From an uncultured Planctomycetota bacterium (GTDB taxonomy: Bacteria; Planctomycetota; Planctomycetia; Isosphaerales; Isosphaeraceae), in assembly GCA_963823665.1 (NCBI GenBank), contig CAWGMQ010000006.1:32001-96000 (forward strand): DNA of 64,000 nucleotides, given 5' to 3'. Under the pieces are notes generated by a model. That model did not search any database. It worked only from the letters and a program-made list of their open reading frames with translations, and had not been told where the DNA came from. This document shows positions 52,689-64,000 of the stretch, piece after piece; position 1 is the first letter of the stretch; every line of letters starts with the position of its first letter. The position numbers were made by a program, and so were the translations under genes.

Positions 52689-55600
52689 GTGATTTCGGTC
52701 GCCGCCACGCTCTTCGTGGTCGCGGTGTCGGTCGTGGGTTGGTGGCTCCATGGGCAGTGGCGCAGCGGGCGAGTCGAACTGACGACCGAGGGAGAGCCGG
52801 TCGTCGTGCAGGTGCTCGCGGAGGATTCCGACACGGTGATCGGCGAGTCGTTTGATCTGGCCACGCGCGCGGTCGTGGAGCTTCCGGAGGGGGATTACCG
52901 GCTGCGGGTGAATGGAGAAGGGCGCCTGGGGCGGACGTTTCGGTTCGCGGTCAATCGAGGGGAGACGCTCGCGCATTCGGTTTCGATTGATGAGGGGCGT
53001 TTGCTTGGGGGAGAACCGGGCGAAGGAAGCGAGCCGGCGACGCGGCGCCACGAGCGGTGGATTCCGTTCGAGCGGGCGACAACCGCGCTCGAGCTGGAAC
53101 CTGGGATCTGGCATTTCGTGCAGTGGTCGGCTCGATCGCTCTGTTGCCGCGATGGTCGGACGGGTGCGGTTTTATGGGATGCGCTTCATCCGGCCCAGGC
53201 GTTTGACGAAGGGCGGGACCCGGCGCCGTCGCTTCGCAGCTTTTCCGGGGACACGGACGGAGCCGGACCGCCGAATATCGAACGGATGCAGGTTTTCGAG
53301 CGCGCGTACGACTTCAACGGCGACGGCACGGGCGATGTGCTGTGCTCTTTCCAGGAATCCGCGGCGTTCGTCGCGCTCTCGGGCAAGGACGGGTCACTGC
53401 TCTGGGACCATCTCACTTCAATCGACGGCCTGCCTCGAGCAAAGGAAGCGCTCTCAGAGTCGAAGACCAACATGCGCAGACCGGCGAAATTGGAAACGCT
53501 CCTCGGTGAGGCCGCGGTGGGCGATCTTGACGGCGACGGCCGCGCGGACCTGGTCGCCACGGTCGTATCCACCGGTTGGCATACCGTGATCCAGCCACCC
53601 AGGGCGGGATCGGGGAATCAGCAGGTCCAGACGGAAGTGCAACACTATCGCCGCGCCATCGTGGCGATCTCCGGCAGCTCGGGTCTCGGTCTCTGGCGAT
53701 ATGTGGTCGATGAGACGCCCAATGACCTGCCGAGACGCGCCTCCATTCCTCCAGGCGGGTCTGCATTGCTCGTCGACGACGGGGGATCGCCTCTCGTCGC
53801 GTTTGTCGACGATACGAAGTGGCTGGGGCTGGACCCGGCGACGGGCAAGCTGCGGCTTGGGCCGATTGAGCTTGGTATGGTTCCTAAGCGTCCCGTAAAG
53901 CATGTTGACCTGGATGGCGATGGTGAGCCCGAGATCGTTGCGCTCGGACCTGGCTTGCGCGCGGCCAGGCGCGGGTGAGCGCGATCTCGATCAAGACCGG
54001 TCGGGAGCTGTGGGCAGAGGACGTCGAGAACGTCTACGTTCAGTCCAACCGTGACTTGTCTGCGCCGGACTATCCGGTGATCGTCGATCTTGGCGGAGAG
54101 GGAGGGCCAGGGATCGTGGTCGCCGATTCGGGGACGATGCCACCGGGGGTGGGATACCGTGGCGTGCGTCTGATCGACGGGCGCACCGGGACGACTCGCT
54201 GGCGGCGTCCGTTACGGCCGCAGACGATCGGCAAGGATGGGCTCGCCCAGATCATCGCGGCGCCAGATCTCGATGGCGATGGAACGCGGGATGTGGTGAC
54301 TGTCTCGCTGTTCGACGGGAGAAATCCACCGGCCATCCGTCAGCCGCTCGCGGAGGAGCCGCAGCGAATTTATGTCGACGCGCTGTCGGGACGGGACGGC
54401 CGTGTTCTGTGGTGGTGGAAAGTCGATGGACCGATGTGGGGAATGACGGGAATCGGGAAGCCGGCGTGGTGGGGGCGCGGATCGGATGGATGGCCGCTTC
54501 TGGCTGTGCTGCTCGGTGCGCCGCGTCACGAAGGGCTGCCGAACCGGGTGGAATATGACGTTCCGAGACAGTCCAACGTTCACTTGCTGGAAGCGTCCAC
54601 CGGGCGGGTGCAGCATCGGGTGACCGGGCTGGCACAAGCGAGTTTTGCCGACCTGGACGGAGACGGGCGGGAGGACCTTTGGGGAGAGTGCGAAGGGGAG
54701 CTGCGAGCTTTTCGCGGCGAGGCGCCTGAGGCCTGGCGGGCCCTGGGCTCGTTCCGGCCGGCCGGGCGTTCCGGGGAGACACCCGATCGCGCAGAAGGTA
54801 GGGCGGTGGATCTTGACGGCGATGGGACGAGCGACACGCTCATCGTGGCCGTGCAGGCACCGGGGGCCTGGCGCCTCCAGGCGACGGGCACCCACACATC
54901 GTTGGCGCGCTCCGGAAGCGACGGGCACTTGATCTGGAAGACTGTGATCGATCCCTTGCAGAACTGGCTCGATCCCAACAGCGGCGAATCTTACCACTTG
55001 AGGGTATTTCCGTTGCCTGAAGGCGACTTCGACCGCGACGGCACGCCCGACGTGATTGTGTGGCGCGACGGGCGCCGGGGGGCGAGCCCGAAGATTCGCC
55101 GCGGTCGGGTGATGGGGGTGATTCAAGTGATCTCGGGGCGCAGCGGCGTCAAGCTGTGGTCGGCCGAAACATCGCGGCTGGAGCTGGAGGGCGAAGACTA
55201 CTCGAGTGGCGTGTGGATGGGTGCCCGCGCGGTCGAGCGGGGCGCGGTGGCGGATTTATTCGTGAGGCACACCACCGACAGGCAAAGGGTCATCAGGGCG
55301 GCGGCGATGGCTGGTGTGATCGGGAAGCCGAAGCTGGCGCGGATCTCGGGAAGGGACGGGCGCGTGTTGTGGGATGTGATCCTGGAAGATCAACCGAGCT
55401 GGGACTCGCTTAAACCGGACGCACCGCTTGGGGTTGATGATTTCGACGGTGACGGCGGCCTCGACGCGCTGTTCGAGCTGCCGCGATCTCTTCCGGGCGG
55501 TGGGCCCGAGAAGAGGTTGGTTGCCCTGTCGTTGCGCGATGGGAGGCGCCTCTGGTCGCGAGAGATCAGGACGGATGCAAGCGGTCGATTCGTGGCCTGC

Positions 55601-56914
55601 GCGGGCGACATTGATGGAGACAAGCGGCCGGAAGTGTTGGTCCTGGAAGTGTTCAAGCGCGAGCGCACTGGCCACGCTGAGCTGGAGGTTCTGGCGCTCG
55701 GCGGCGGCGACGGAAAACCGAAATGGACCTGGAATGCAGACAAGTCCTTCCTTGGGGATAACGAGTGGCAATCGATGGTGCTTGCGGACTTCGGAGGGGT
55801 TGGAACAAGAGACGTGTGCGCGACGTTCGTGCTGCAAGATGGGACGCGCCGGGTCATTGTCCTCGATGGGAATGGCAGGGAGCGGGCGCGGCGCGATGAG
55901 GGCACGGCTGTGGTCCAGGCGTTCGAGGCGGTTGACCTGGACGGCGATGGGCGGGATGAGTTGGTCGTAGAAGACGAGAATCGCGTGTGCGTGTGGGACG
56001 CTGCGCTCAAGGACGTCTGGTCGCGGGCGACGCATGGTCGGGCGGTTCAGCGGGTTTTGCAGGGAGCTCGCGGCGAGCCTGGCGCAGTCGTGATTGCGCC
56101 GGCGCTCTCGCTCGACGGAAAAACGGGCCAGCCGCGATGGACCGGCCAGGATCCGCTGTTCGTGCAGGAGGATCGACCGGCGGTGACAATTCTTGATCCG
56201 GGCACCCTGACGCGGCGGCCACGATTCCTCGAGGAACGCGGTGAGTCGACGGTCTGTCGCCTGGCGATGGCGACGACGCCCGACGGCGCCTTGGCCGCGG
56301 CTGCTGGGAAGCCAGTCCAGGCGCGATCGGTCGATGACGACCCGCGCTGGAGGAGGCTGTTGCCGTGGGTTCCGAAGCTGAAAGGGGCATTCGGGCCCTG
56401 GGGTCTTGTCGCTGCGGGCGGGCTTGCTTTCGTTAACCTGGGAATTCCGGTGTTTGTGCTTTGGCTGGCGGGTGGCCGGCGGAAGGCATTCCGCATTCGC
56501 ACGCTCATGGCGCTGCCGATTGCCGCCGTGATTCCGCTGATGGGGTATCTGACGATTGGACCTTGGCTGCCCGTCGGATCAGGGCGATTGCTGGCGACGG
56601 AGGGGAGGGTGTTTCTCGCTGGGACAGTCGGCGGAGTGCCGGTCGTGTTGTACGTGACGTGGATGGTGGTAGGCGCGATCCGCCGGCGGTACACGGATGT
56701 GCTTGCGCTCGTGGCGCTCACGGGATTGGCGACGCTGGCGGTTGCGGGAGGGTGGATCTGGCTTGATTCGAGGTCGAAGGTGGGGCTCGAGCATTATGGG
56801 TGGGACGGCTGGGAGGTGGTCGTGATGGTCGGAGCGTATGGTGCCGCGGCGTTGTGGGGAGCGCGGAGAGGGATGTTGGGAGGTTACAAGTGGATGAGGG
56901 GGCGACGGGCGTGA
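52689..56914 (+). CDS. FG-GAP/PQQ-like propeller membrane protein, paralog 1 (frameshift near 53970; true start possibly near 52547)
   Basis: N-terminal TM, PEGA-like GRVELTTEG..LPEGDYRLRV, many DLDGDG motifs, five C-terminal TMs. Confidence 0.85.
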
Positions 56915-56945
56915 GGAACGCTCCTTCGCGGAGCGAAAGGCGACT

Positions 56946-59900
56946 ATGATCATCGCGAGACTTCGGGCGATCGCGGATCGAGCCCGCCGGTTGGATTCGC
57001 GAAACCGGCGATGGATTGGGATTGTCTACGCGCTGGGTGGCGTGGTGGTGACGCTGCTCGCGATTGCGGGATGGCGGATTTATGCGGGGTGGCGTACGGG
57101 GCGGGTCGAATTCACGACCGAAGGTGATCCGGTGGTTGTGCAGGTGCTCGCGGAGGATTCTGACACTCCGATCGGCGAGCCGTTTGATCTGGCGACGCGG
57201 GCTGTTGTGGAGCTTCCGGAGGGGGATTACCGGCTGCGGGTGAATGGGAAGGGGCGGCTGGGGCGGACGTTTCGGTTTGCGGTTAATCGGGGCGAAACTC
57301 TGGGTCCCGCGATTTCGATTGATGATGGGAGGTTGCTCGGCGGCGATTCGGTCGAACTGGGCCTCTTCGGCTACCGGCACCGCGAAGTGCGAATTCCGTT
57401 TCCGCAGGTGATCGCGGCACTTGAGCTTGAACCGGGAAGGGCCAGTCTCATGGAATGGGCTGAGGGATCATTGATCCGGCGCGACGGTGCGACGGGAAAG
57501 GTTGATTGGGATGTATTTCACCCGGTCAGGGCGTTTGGCGAGGGAGATGATCCGGTGCCGATCTTGCGCGCCTTCACAGATGAATACGGCGAGAGGCGAA
57601 TTCTGGAGCAAGCAAGCGACCTCGACGGCGATGGCACGCGTGACCTGCTGTGCTGCTTTCCGGGCGCCGCCGCCTTCATCGCACTTTCCGGCAAGGACGG
57701 CTCGATGCTCTGGAATCATCTCGTCGGGGTCGACGGTGCCTCTCGAAAGTCGGGCTTGCTTCCGGGAAGGATGGATGACGCGGGACCGCCTGGACAGCCG
57801 GAGGAGCTCGTCGGTGAGCCCGCATTCGGAGATTTGGACGGCGATGGGGTTGCGGATTTCATCGCCACAACAATATCCGTTGCGCGGTACGCCGGGAATG
57901 AGTCAGCACAAGCTGACTCCAAGAAAGAGTCTACGGTTGTGGACACCCAGCGCTACCGGCGTACGGTCGTTGCGCTTTCCGGTAAGACACGCCGCAGCCT
58001 CTGGCGATACGCCGTCGACGCGACGCCGCGTGAGCTGCCGCGCGCGGTTCCGGACCTGAGCCAACCCACGTTGCTCGCGCGTAGCCGGGATTCGACGCTC
58101 GTGGCTGTTGTCGACGAAGCGAAATGGGTGGGGCTGGACGCGGCGACCGGGAAGCTGCGAGTCGGGCCGATCGAGCTGGGGCAACGTCCGGAACGCGCCG
58201 TTCTCTATCCCGATCTCGATGGCGATGGCGAGCCGGAGATCCTGACGCTTGGACCTGGCCCTACCCGCGGTCAGCGGAGGGTCAACGCGATTTCGATGAA
58301 GGATGGGAGGGAACTATGGGCGCGGGTCGTGGATGAGGGATATGACCAGTCGCGAATGGGTGTGCCACTTGCGGATTATCCGCTGGTCCTGGATCTCGAC
58401 AACGAGGGAGTGATCGGAATCGTCGTGGCGGACTCGGGGGCGATGGCGCGTGGTGCGGCGTATCGGGGTGTGCGACTGATCGACGGTCGCACGGGTGTGA
58501 CCCGCTGGCGCCGGCCGATGCGTCCCCAGGCGGCGGGAACGGACGGGGTCGCCCAGTTGATCGCTGCGCCGGATCTCGATGGCGACGGGATGAATGATCT
58601 GGTGAGCGTCTCGCTGTTCGACGGGAGGACTCCTGCGGCGACGATTCAGCCGGTGCTGAAGGAGCCGCGCCGCGTGTATGTCGACGCGATCTCGGGCAGA
58701 GACGGCCGGGCGCTCTGGTGGTGGAAGGTCGACGTACCGGTTGTGGGAACGGCGCGGATATGGAAGCCCGCTTGGTGGGGACGCGGAGGGGATGGCTGGC
58801 CCTTACTCGCGGTGCCGGTGGGTGGGCAACGCCGGGAAGGGCTTCCGCTCCAGGTGCATCTGGACCCACCGATTCCGGCCAACGTTCATTTGCTCGAAGC
58901 ATCCACGGGGAAAGAAGTGCATCGCGTGATGGGGTTTTCACACGCGCGGTTTGCGGACCTGGACGGAGACGGTATGGCAGACCTCTGGGGAAACTCCGAC
59001 GGCGAGCTGCGAGCGTTTCGCGGCGAGGCATCGGAGGCGTGGCGGGCGCTGGGCCTTTTCAAGGTCGCGGATTCGACCGACTACGCCGTCGAAACCTGCC
59101 GGGATGCGGTCGTCGATTTTGATGGTGACGGGGTCTCGGATGCACTGATCATCGCTGTGCATGCGCCGGGCGACTGGGGGAACGAGACGACTGGGAGCCA
59201 TACAGCAGTGGCCCGGTCAGGTCGTGATGGGCGCACGATCTGGAAGACGGTGGTCGATCCGCGTGAAAGCTGGCTCGCGCCCAATAGCGGGGATTTTTAT
59301 CAGGTCCGTGCATTTCCGTTGCCGGAAGGCGATATCGACGGAGATGGCACGCCTGACGTGATCGTCAGCCGCATGATTCATCCTGGAGGGAGCAAGGGCA
59401 TTCGCCGCGACGACGCGAAGCTGCCGATCAAGCTTCTTTCGGGCCGCACCGGCGCGCGACTCTGGTCGGCAGGAACGTCACCGCTGGGATTCCAGGCACA
59501 ACGCGACTCGACGTACCTGTCTCTCTGTGCTCGCGCAGTCGAGCCGAAGGGCATGCCGGATTTGTTCGTGAAGCACAACAGCTCCACAGGCACGGTTGCT
59601 TTGGCGAACGGAAAAGGGGGCGCGATCGAGACGCCGTGCCTGGCGCGGATTTCGGGACGCGACGGGCGCGTAATATGGGATGTGGCGTTTGAAGAACAAC
59701 TGCGCGCGGCGTCCTTGAGACCTGGCTCGGGGACTCGTTTCGATGACCTCGATGGTGACGGCGGGCTCGACATGCTGATCGGTCTGCCGCGTTCGTATCC
59801 TGATCGCGAGGATGAAAACAAATTGATTGCCATCTCGCTGCGTGACGGCAAGCGGCTCTGGTCGCGATTGCTCCAGTTGGATTGGACTTCTGGGTTTGCT

Positions 59901-61211
59901 GCCTGCATCGGCGATTTCAACGGCGACGAGCGAAAGGAGGTCGTGATCGCGGACGTCGTCGAACGAGAGGGCGACCGCGCTCGGAGGTTGCAACTCGAGG
60001 CACTGGACGGCCGCGACGGAAAGCCCAAGTGGATCTGGTACGCCGGCCCATGGCTGGGGGAACAGGTTCGAGTGGTGCCTGCGGATTTTGAAGGAAGTGG
60101 CAAGAAAGAGCTGTGCGCCAGCTTCGAGACGCCGGATGAAACGCACCGGATCGTGGTGCTCGACGGCGACGGCAAGGAGCGAGTGCGACGCGACGTGGGC
60201 TCGGGGCGGGTCCGGATGCTCGAGGCTGTCGACCTGGACGGGGACGGACGCGACGAGCTGGTGGTGCAACAAGAGCAGTTGCTCGGCGTCTGGGACCACG
60301 AGCTGAAGGATGTTTGGTCGTATGTGGTGCGGGGACCGGGAACGGTCCAGCGAATGGTACCGGGCCGGCGGGGTGAGCCGGGGATCGTGGTCGTGTCGCC
60401 GGCTGTTGGTCTCGACGGAGCGACTGGCAAGCCGCGATGGATTGGCCAGGCACCGCTGCGAGATTCGGGGCAGCGGGCGGAGCCCAGGATTCTTGACCAC
60501 GGGAACCTGGAACGGCTTCCCCTCTTCATTGAGAATCTCCCAGTATCAACCGTGTGCCGCGTGGGGCTGGCAGCAACACCTGAGGGCGGCTTGCGGGCTC
60601 CTGGAGGCACGGTGGTGAAGGCACGCGAGATTGCCGATGACCAGCGGTGGGCGCGGCCGTTGCCGTGGGTGCGGCGGCTCAAGGGGGCTTTTGGGCCGTG
60701 GGGTTTTCTCGCTGCGGGAGCGCTGGCTTTCGTTAACGTGGCGATTCCTGTGCTCTTTCTCTGGCTTGCGGGTGGGCGGCGACGGTCGTTTCGGATTCGC
60801 TCGCTCATGGCGCTGCCGGTTGCAGTGGCGATACCACTGATGGCATTTCTGACGCTGGCGCCTTGGCTACCCGTGGGGTCGGAGAGCTTGCTGGCGAGCG
60901 AGGAACGAGTGTTTGTGATCGGGACGGTTGCAGGAGTGCCGATCGTGTTGTTTGTGGCGTGCATGGTGGCGGGCGTGATCCGCCGGCGGTGGAGGAGTGT
61001 GGTTGCGCTGGTGGGGCTGGCGGGATTTGCAACGCTGGCGATTGCGGGCGGGTGGGTCTGGCTGGATCGGAGGTCGATGGCGGGGATCGAGCATTATGAG
61101 CGGGAGGGGTGGTGGTTGGTGGTGATGGTGGGAGGATATGTTGCGGCGATGTTGTGGGGGGTGAGGATGGGGATTTTGGGGATGTACAAGATGATGCGGC
61201 GGCAGGCGTGA
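56946..61211 (+). CDS. FG-GAP/PQQ-like propeller membrane protein, paralog 2 (1421 aa, intact)
   Basis: Same architecture; about 12 DxDGDG-type motifs. Confidence 0.9.
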   Translation: MIIARLRAIADRARRLDSRNRRWIGIVYALGGVVVTLLAIAGWRIYAGWRTGRVEFTTEGDPVVVQVLAEDSDTPIGEPFDLATRAVVELPEGDYRLRVNGKGRLGRTFRFAVNRGETLGPAISIDDGRLLGGDSVELGLFGYRHREVRIPFPQVIAALELEPGRASLMEWAEGSLIRRDGATGKVDWDVFHPVRAFGEGDDPVPILRAFTDEYGERRILEQASDLDGDGTRDLLCCFPGAAAFIALSGKDGSMLWNHLVGVDGASRKSGLLPGRMDDAGPPGQPEELVGEPAFGDLDGDGVADFIATTISVARYAGNESAQADSKKESTVVDTQRYRRTVVALSGKTRRSLWRYAVDATPRELPRAVPDLSQPTLLARSRDSTLVAVVDEAKWVGLDAATGKLRVGPIELGQRPERAVLYPDLDGDGEPEILTLGPGPTRGQRRVNAISMKDGRELWARVVDEGYDQSRMGVPLADYPLVLDLDNEGVIGIVVADSGAMARGAAYRGVRLIDGRTGVTRWRRPMRPQAAGTDGVAQLIAAPDLDGDGMNDLVSVSLFDGRTPAATIQPVLKEPRRVYVDAISGRDGRALWWWKVDVPVVGTARIWKPAWWGRGGDGWPLLAVPVGGQRREGLPLQVHLDPPIPANVHLLEASTGKEVHRVMGFSHARFADLDGDGMADLWGNSDGELRAFRGEASEAWRALGLFKVADSTDYAVETCRDAVVDFDGDGVSDALIIAVHAPGDWGNETTGSHTAVARSGRDGRTIWKTVVDPRESWLAPNSGDFYQVRAFPLPEGDIDGDGTPDVIVSRMIHPGGSKGIRRDDAKLPIKLLSGRTGARLWSAGTSPLGFQAQRDSTYLSLCARAVEPKGMPDLFVKHNSSTGTVALANGKGGAIETPCLARISGRDGRVIWDVAFEEQLRAASLRPGSGTRFDDLDGDGGLDMLIGLPRSYPDREDENKLIAISLRDGKRLWSRLLQLDWTSGFAACIGDFNGDERKEVVIADVVEREGDRARRLQLEALDGRDGKPKWIWYAGPWLGEQVRVVPADFEGSGKKELCASFETPDETHRIVVLDGDGKERVRRDVGSGRVRMLEAVDLDGDGRDELVVQQEQLLGVWDHELKDVWSYVVRGPGTVQRMVPGRRGEPGIVVVSPAVGLDGATGKPRWIGQAPLRDSGQRAEPRILDHGNLERLPLFIENLPVSTVCRVGLAATPEGGLRAPGGTVVKAREIADDQRWARPLPWVRRLKGAFGPWGFLAAGALAFVNVAIPVLFLWLAGGRRRSFRIRSLMALPVAVAIPLMAFLTLAPWLPVGSESLLASEERVFVIGTVAGVPIVLFVACMVAGVIRRRWRSVVALVGLAGFATLAIAGGWVWLDRRSMAGIEHYEREGWWLVVMVGGYVAAMLWGVRMGILGMYKMMRRQA

Positions 61212-61305
61212 CGGAGGCACTTTCGCGGAGCGAAAGGCGACTATAATCACGGGGTGCGGGCGCGTGGGCGTGGGTTCCCTCTGACGGTGGGGTTCCGAGC
61301 ATCCG

Positions 61306-64000
61306 ATGAACCATCGAGATGACAGCGAGACGGCAGATCGAGGCGGGGGATTGGCTTCGGCGATTCGGCGACGGAGGCTGAGGATTCGCGATGGCGTGCG
61401 CGGGGCGGCGGTGATGATGGCGCTCGTGGCGGTGGGGGCCGGCGGATGGATGGGCTATGGGCGGTGGCGAGCGGGTGAGATCGAGCTGCGCACCGAGGGG
61501 GCGCCGCTCGTGGTGCAGGTGCTCGATGTGACTTCGGATGCGCCGATCGGCGAGCCGATTGATCTGGTTGATCGGGCTATTTTGACGCTGCCTGATGGGG
61601 AATACCGGCTGCGAGTTACCGGGAAGGGGCGAGTCGGGCGGACGTATCGGTTTGCCGTGAATCGTGGGGAGCGGCAGTTGCATTCGATCTCACTCGATGA
61701 GGGACGATTGCTCGGGGGTGAGCCGGCACCGCCGAAACCAATGGAGAAGAACTGGCGGCACGTGCCGATTCTGTTTGCGACAGTGACGGCCGCGCTCGAG
61801 CTCGAGCCCGGGAAGGCGGATTTCATCCAGTGGTCGAATGGATCGCTGGTCCGGCGCGACGGCTCGAGCGGCAAGGTGCTCTGGGACGCGTTTCATCCCG
61901 CCAGCGCGTTCGAACGCAAGCGCGACCCGGGGCAGTGGTTTCCGGGCAAGTCGCCTGACGAAAACACGGGCGAGCTGATGGAGACCGCTGCTGAATTCGA
62001 CGGCGATGGCACGAAGGACATGCTGTGGTACTTCCGGGAGAAGTCGCTGTTTCTGGCACTCTCGGGCAAGGATGGCTCGCTGCTCTGGCATCACGTCGCC
62101 GAGCTCGAGCGTGCCGGAGCCGATGGTCCCGGAGCGGCGAAGTCGAATATCCGCGAGAGCGAGATTGCCGGCAAACCGGCGATGATGGACGTCGATCACG
62201 ATGGCGCTGCGGACATCGTCGCGACGGTCCTGTTCGGCGAATCGGCCGAGGAGGCCAAGCGGCGCATCGCGGAGACTGGGGATGACGCTAGCAAGACTGA
62301 ACCGAGGTTCTTTCGGCGTGTCGTGATGGCGATCTCGGGCAAATCGGGAGCGCGGCTCTGGAGCTACGCGATCGACAAGGAGTTCACCCTGCCTATGGAC
62401 GAGCTCCGGCAGGCGAAGCCGCCGGCTGAGCTGATGCAAGCCGGGCGCACGAGCTTGATCGCCGTGCTTGACGACGAGAAGTGGCTGGGGCTCGATCCTG
62501 CGACTGGCCGCATGAAGGCAGGACCGATCGACCTGGGGTTCGCCCCGATACGGCAGGTGCCCCATGCGGACCTGGACGGTGACGGAGAACCCGAGGTGCT
62601 GACGCTCGGGTCTGACTCGGCCGGCGTGAGGCAGAATACACTGCGTGCTCACTCGAGCAAGACCGGGGAACTGTGGTCGCAGGAGATCGGCAGCGCGTAC
62701 CACGTGGGCACTGTGAACGCCTTTGAAAGGCGATTCAAGCGTCGTCCCATTTTCCCCGCCTGCTTGCTGATCGCGGACCTCGACGGCGATGGGCGTCCGG
62801 AGATCGTGGTTGCCGACACCGGGCCGATGCCGCCGCTTGACGGCAGCCGGGGGGTGCGGCTGATTGATGGCGCCACGGGCCAGTTGCGCTGGCGGCGGCC
62901 GATGCGGGTGGAGACCACGGCCGAGGATGGAATGGCGCACATCGTGGCGGCGCCGGACCTCGACGGCGACGGCATGCGCGACGTGATCACGGTGTCGCAA
63001 TATGACGGCAGGAATCCGTTAATCAACTGGCCTCAGGAGCCAGATGAGCCGGCGGCAGTTTTCGTGGATGCATTTTCCGGAAAAGACGGCCGGCCGCTCT
63101 GGTGGTGGTGTGTGGATTTGCCGGCCGATCGATTCACGCGGATTGCGGCACCCGTGTGGTGGGGCCGCGGAAGTGACGGCTGGCCGCTCCTTGCGGTTGC
63201 GCTGGGTGGGATTGATCCCGATGAGGAGGACTCGTTCGGCCGGTCGTATCAGGTGTCCGCGCCGGTCGTGCATCTTCTCGAGGCATCGACGGGGAAGGAA
63301 CAACACGCGGTGATCGGGCTGACGAACGCGAGCGTGGCCGATTTGAACGGCGACGGACTTGCCGATCTTTGGGGTGAGGTTGGTGGTGAGCTGCGCGCGT
63401 TCCGGGGCGAAGCGCCGGAAGCCTGGCGAGCCCTGGGTCAATTCGAGCCGGCCGGGGCGATCGATCGGAGCGTGGGGATTCGCGGGAGAGGCGCGGTCGA
63501 TTTCGATCGGGATGGAATCGCGGACACCCTGGTCAGCGAGCTGGCGGCGCCGGGTACTCAAGACCATCGCACGACGGGCAGCCGCACGGCTGTTGCTCGC
63601 TCGGGCCGGGATGGGCATCTGATCTGGAAGGCCTCGATCGATCCGCGCGAGCTGGTTCGAGCCGAAGAGTGGAGACCGGTATGTGCTTCGCGCATTCCCA
63701 CCACCTGCGGGTGATCTGAATGGAGACGGCGTCGGCGACGTGATTGTGAAGAAGCGGTCGGGGCTTCGCGGTTTCCCGAGTGAGCGGGAATTCACGGTCG
63801 CGATCGAGGCGATTAACGGTCGCAACGGCGCCAGGTTGTGGTCAGCAAGCGTGCCATCTTTGGATATGCTTTCTGTCGATAAGATGACCGACTGGCTCGA
63901 GCCGCGGGTGATCGAAACCAACGGCGCGCCCGACTTGATCGTGCGCCGAGATAGCGGCAACGCCGGGCACCTCGCGCGGCTCTCGGGCCGCGACGGCCGA
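61306..64000 (+). CDS. FG-GAP/PQQ-like propeller membrane protein, paralog 3 (frameshift near 63650; runs off the window end)
   Basis: Collinear with paralogs 1 and 2. Confidence 0.85.

Noticed and set aside
52689..64000. Diversity-generating retroelement driving paralog variation
   Set aside because: No reverse transcriptase and no template/variable repeat pair with adenine-specific differences was seen

Overview
GC-rich bacterial chromosome segment. The gene content (LE-x-R-x-LL extracellular proteins, DUF1559 pilin-like gene, ECF sigma/Ser-Thr kinase pair, ECF with long C-terminal extension, DUF4058, FG-GAP proteins) points to Planctomycetota, probably Isosphaeraceae-like (inference). Many genes carry single-base frameshifts that look like assembly indels. 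From start to end: a Ser/Thr kinase; a decayed UPF0175/DUF3368(PIN) toxin-antitoxin pair; a minus-strand cluster of ECF sigma > kinase-WD40 > DUF1559 pilin > giant surface protein split by an ISL3; a first 1652-bp IS1182-family copy; an FG-GAP/MotA-like/Ig-partner cluster; hydrolases and peptidases; hemE; a second, inverted IS1182 copy; an esterase-GH18 fusion; a long ECF sigma; DUF4058; hemG; an M1 aminopeptidase; and three tandem ~1400-aa FG-GAP/PQQ-like membrane paralogs. Best observations: (1) the exact bipartite motif TCTTGTCAGA-N15-GCGGG lies upstream of both the ECF gene and the DUF1559 gene, suggesting an autoregulated, kinase-coupled surface-structure regulon; (2) both IS1182 copies sit in the GGA loop of the same REP hairpin family, which also occurs inside coding sequences and between the tandem paralogs; (3) a MotA/ExbB-like stator pair has a long tail and unusual membrane charges. 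No rRNA, tRNA or CRISPR array was recognised.
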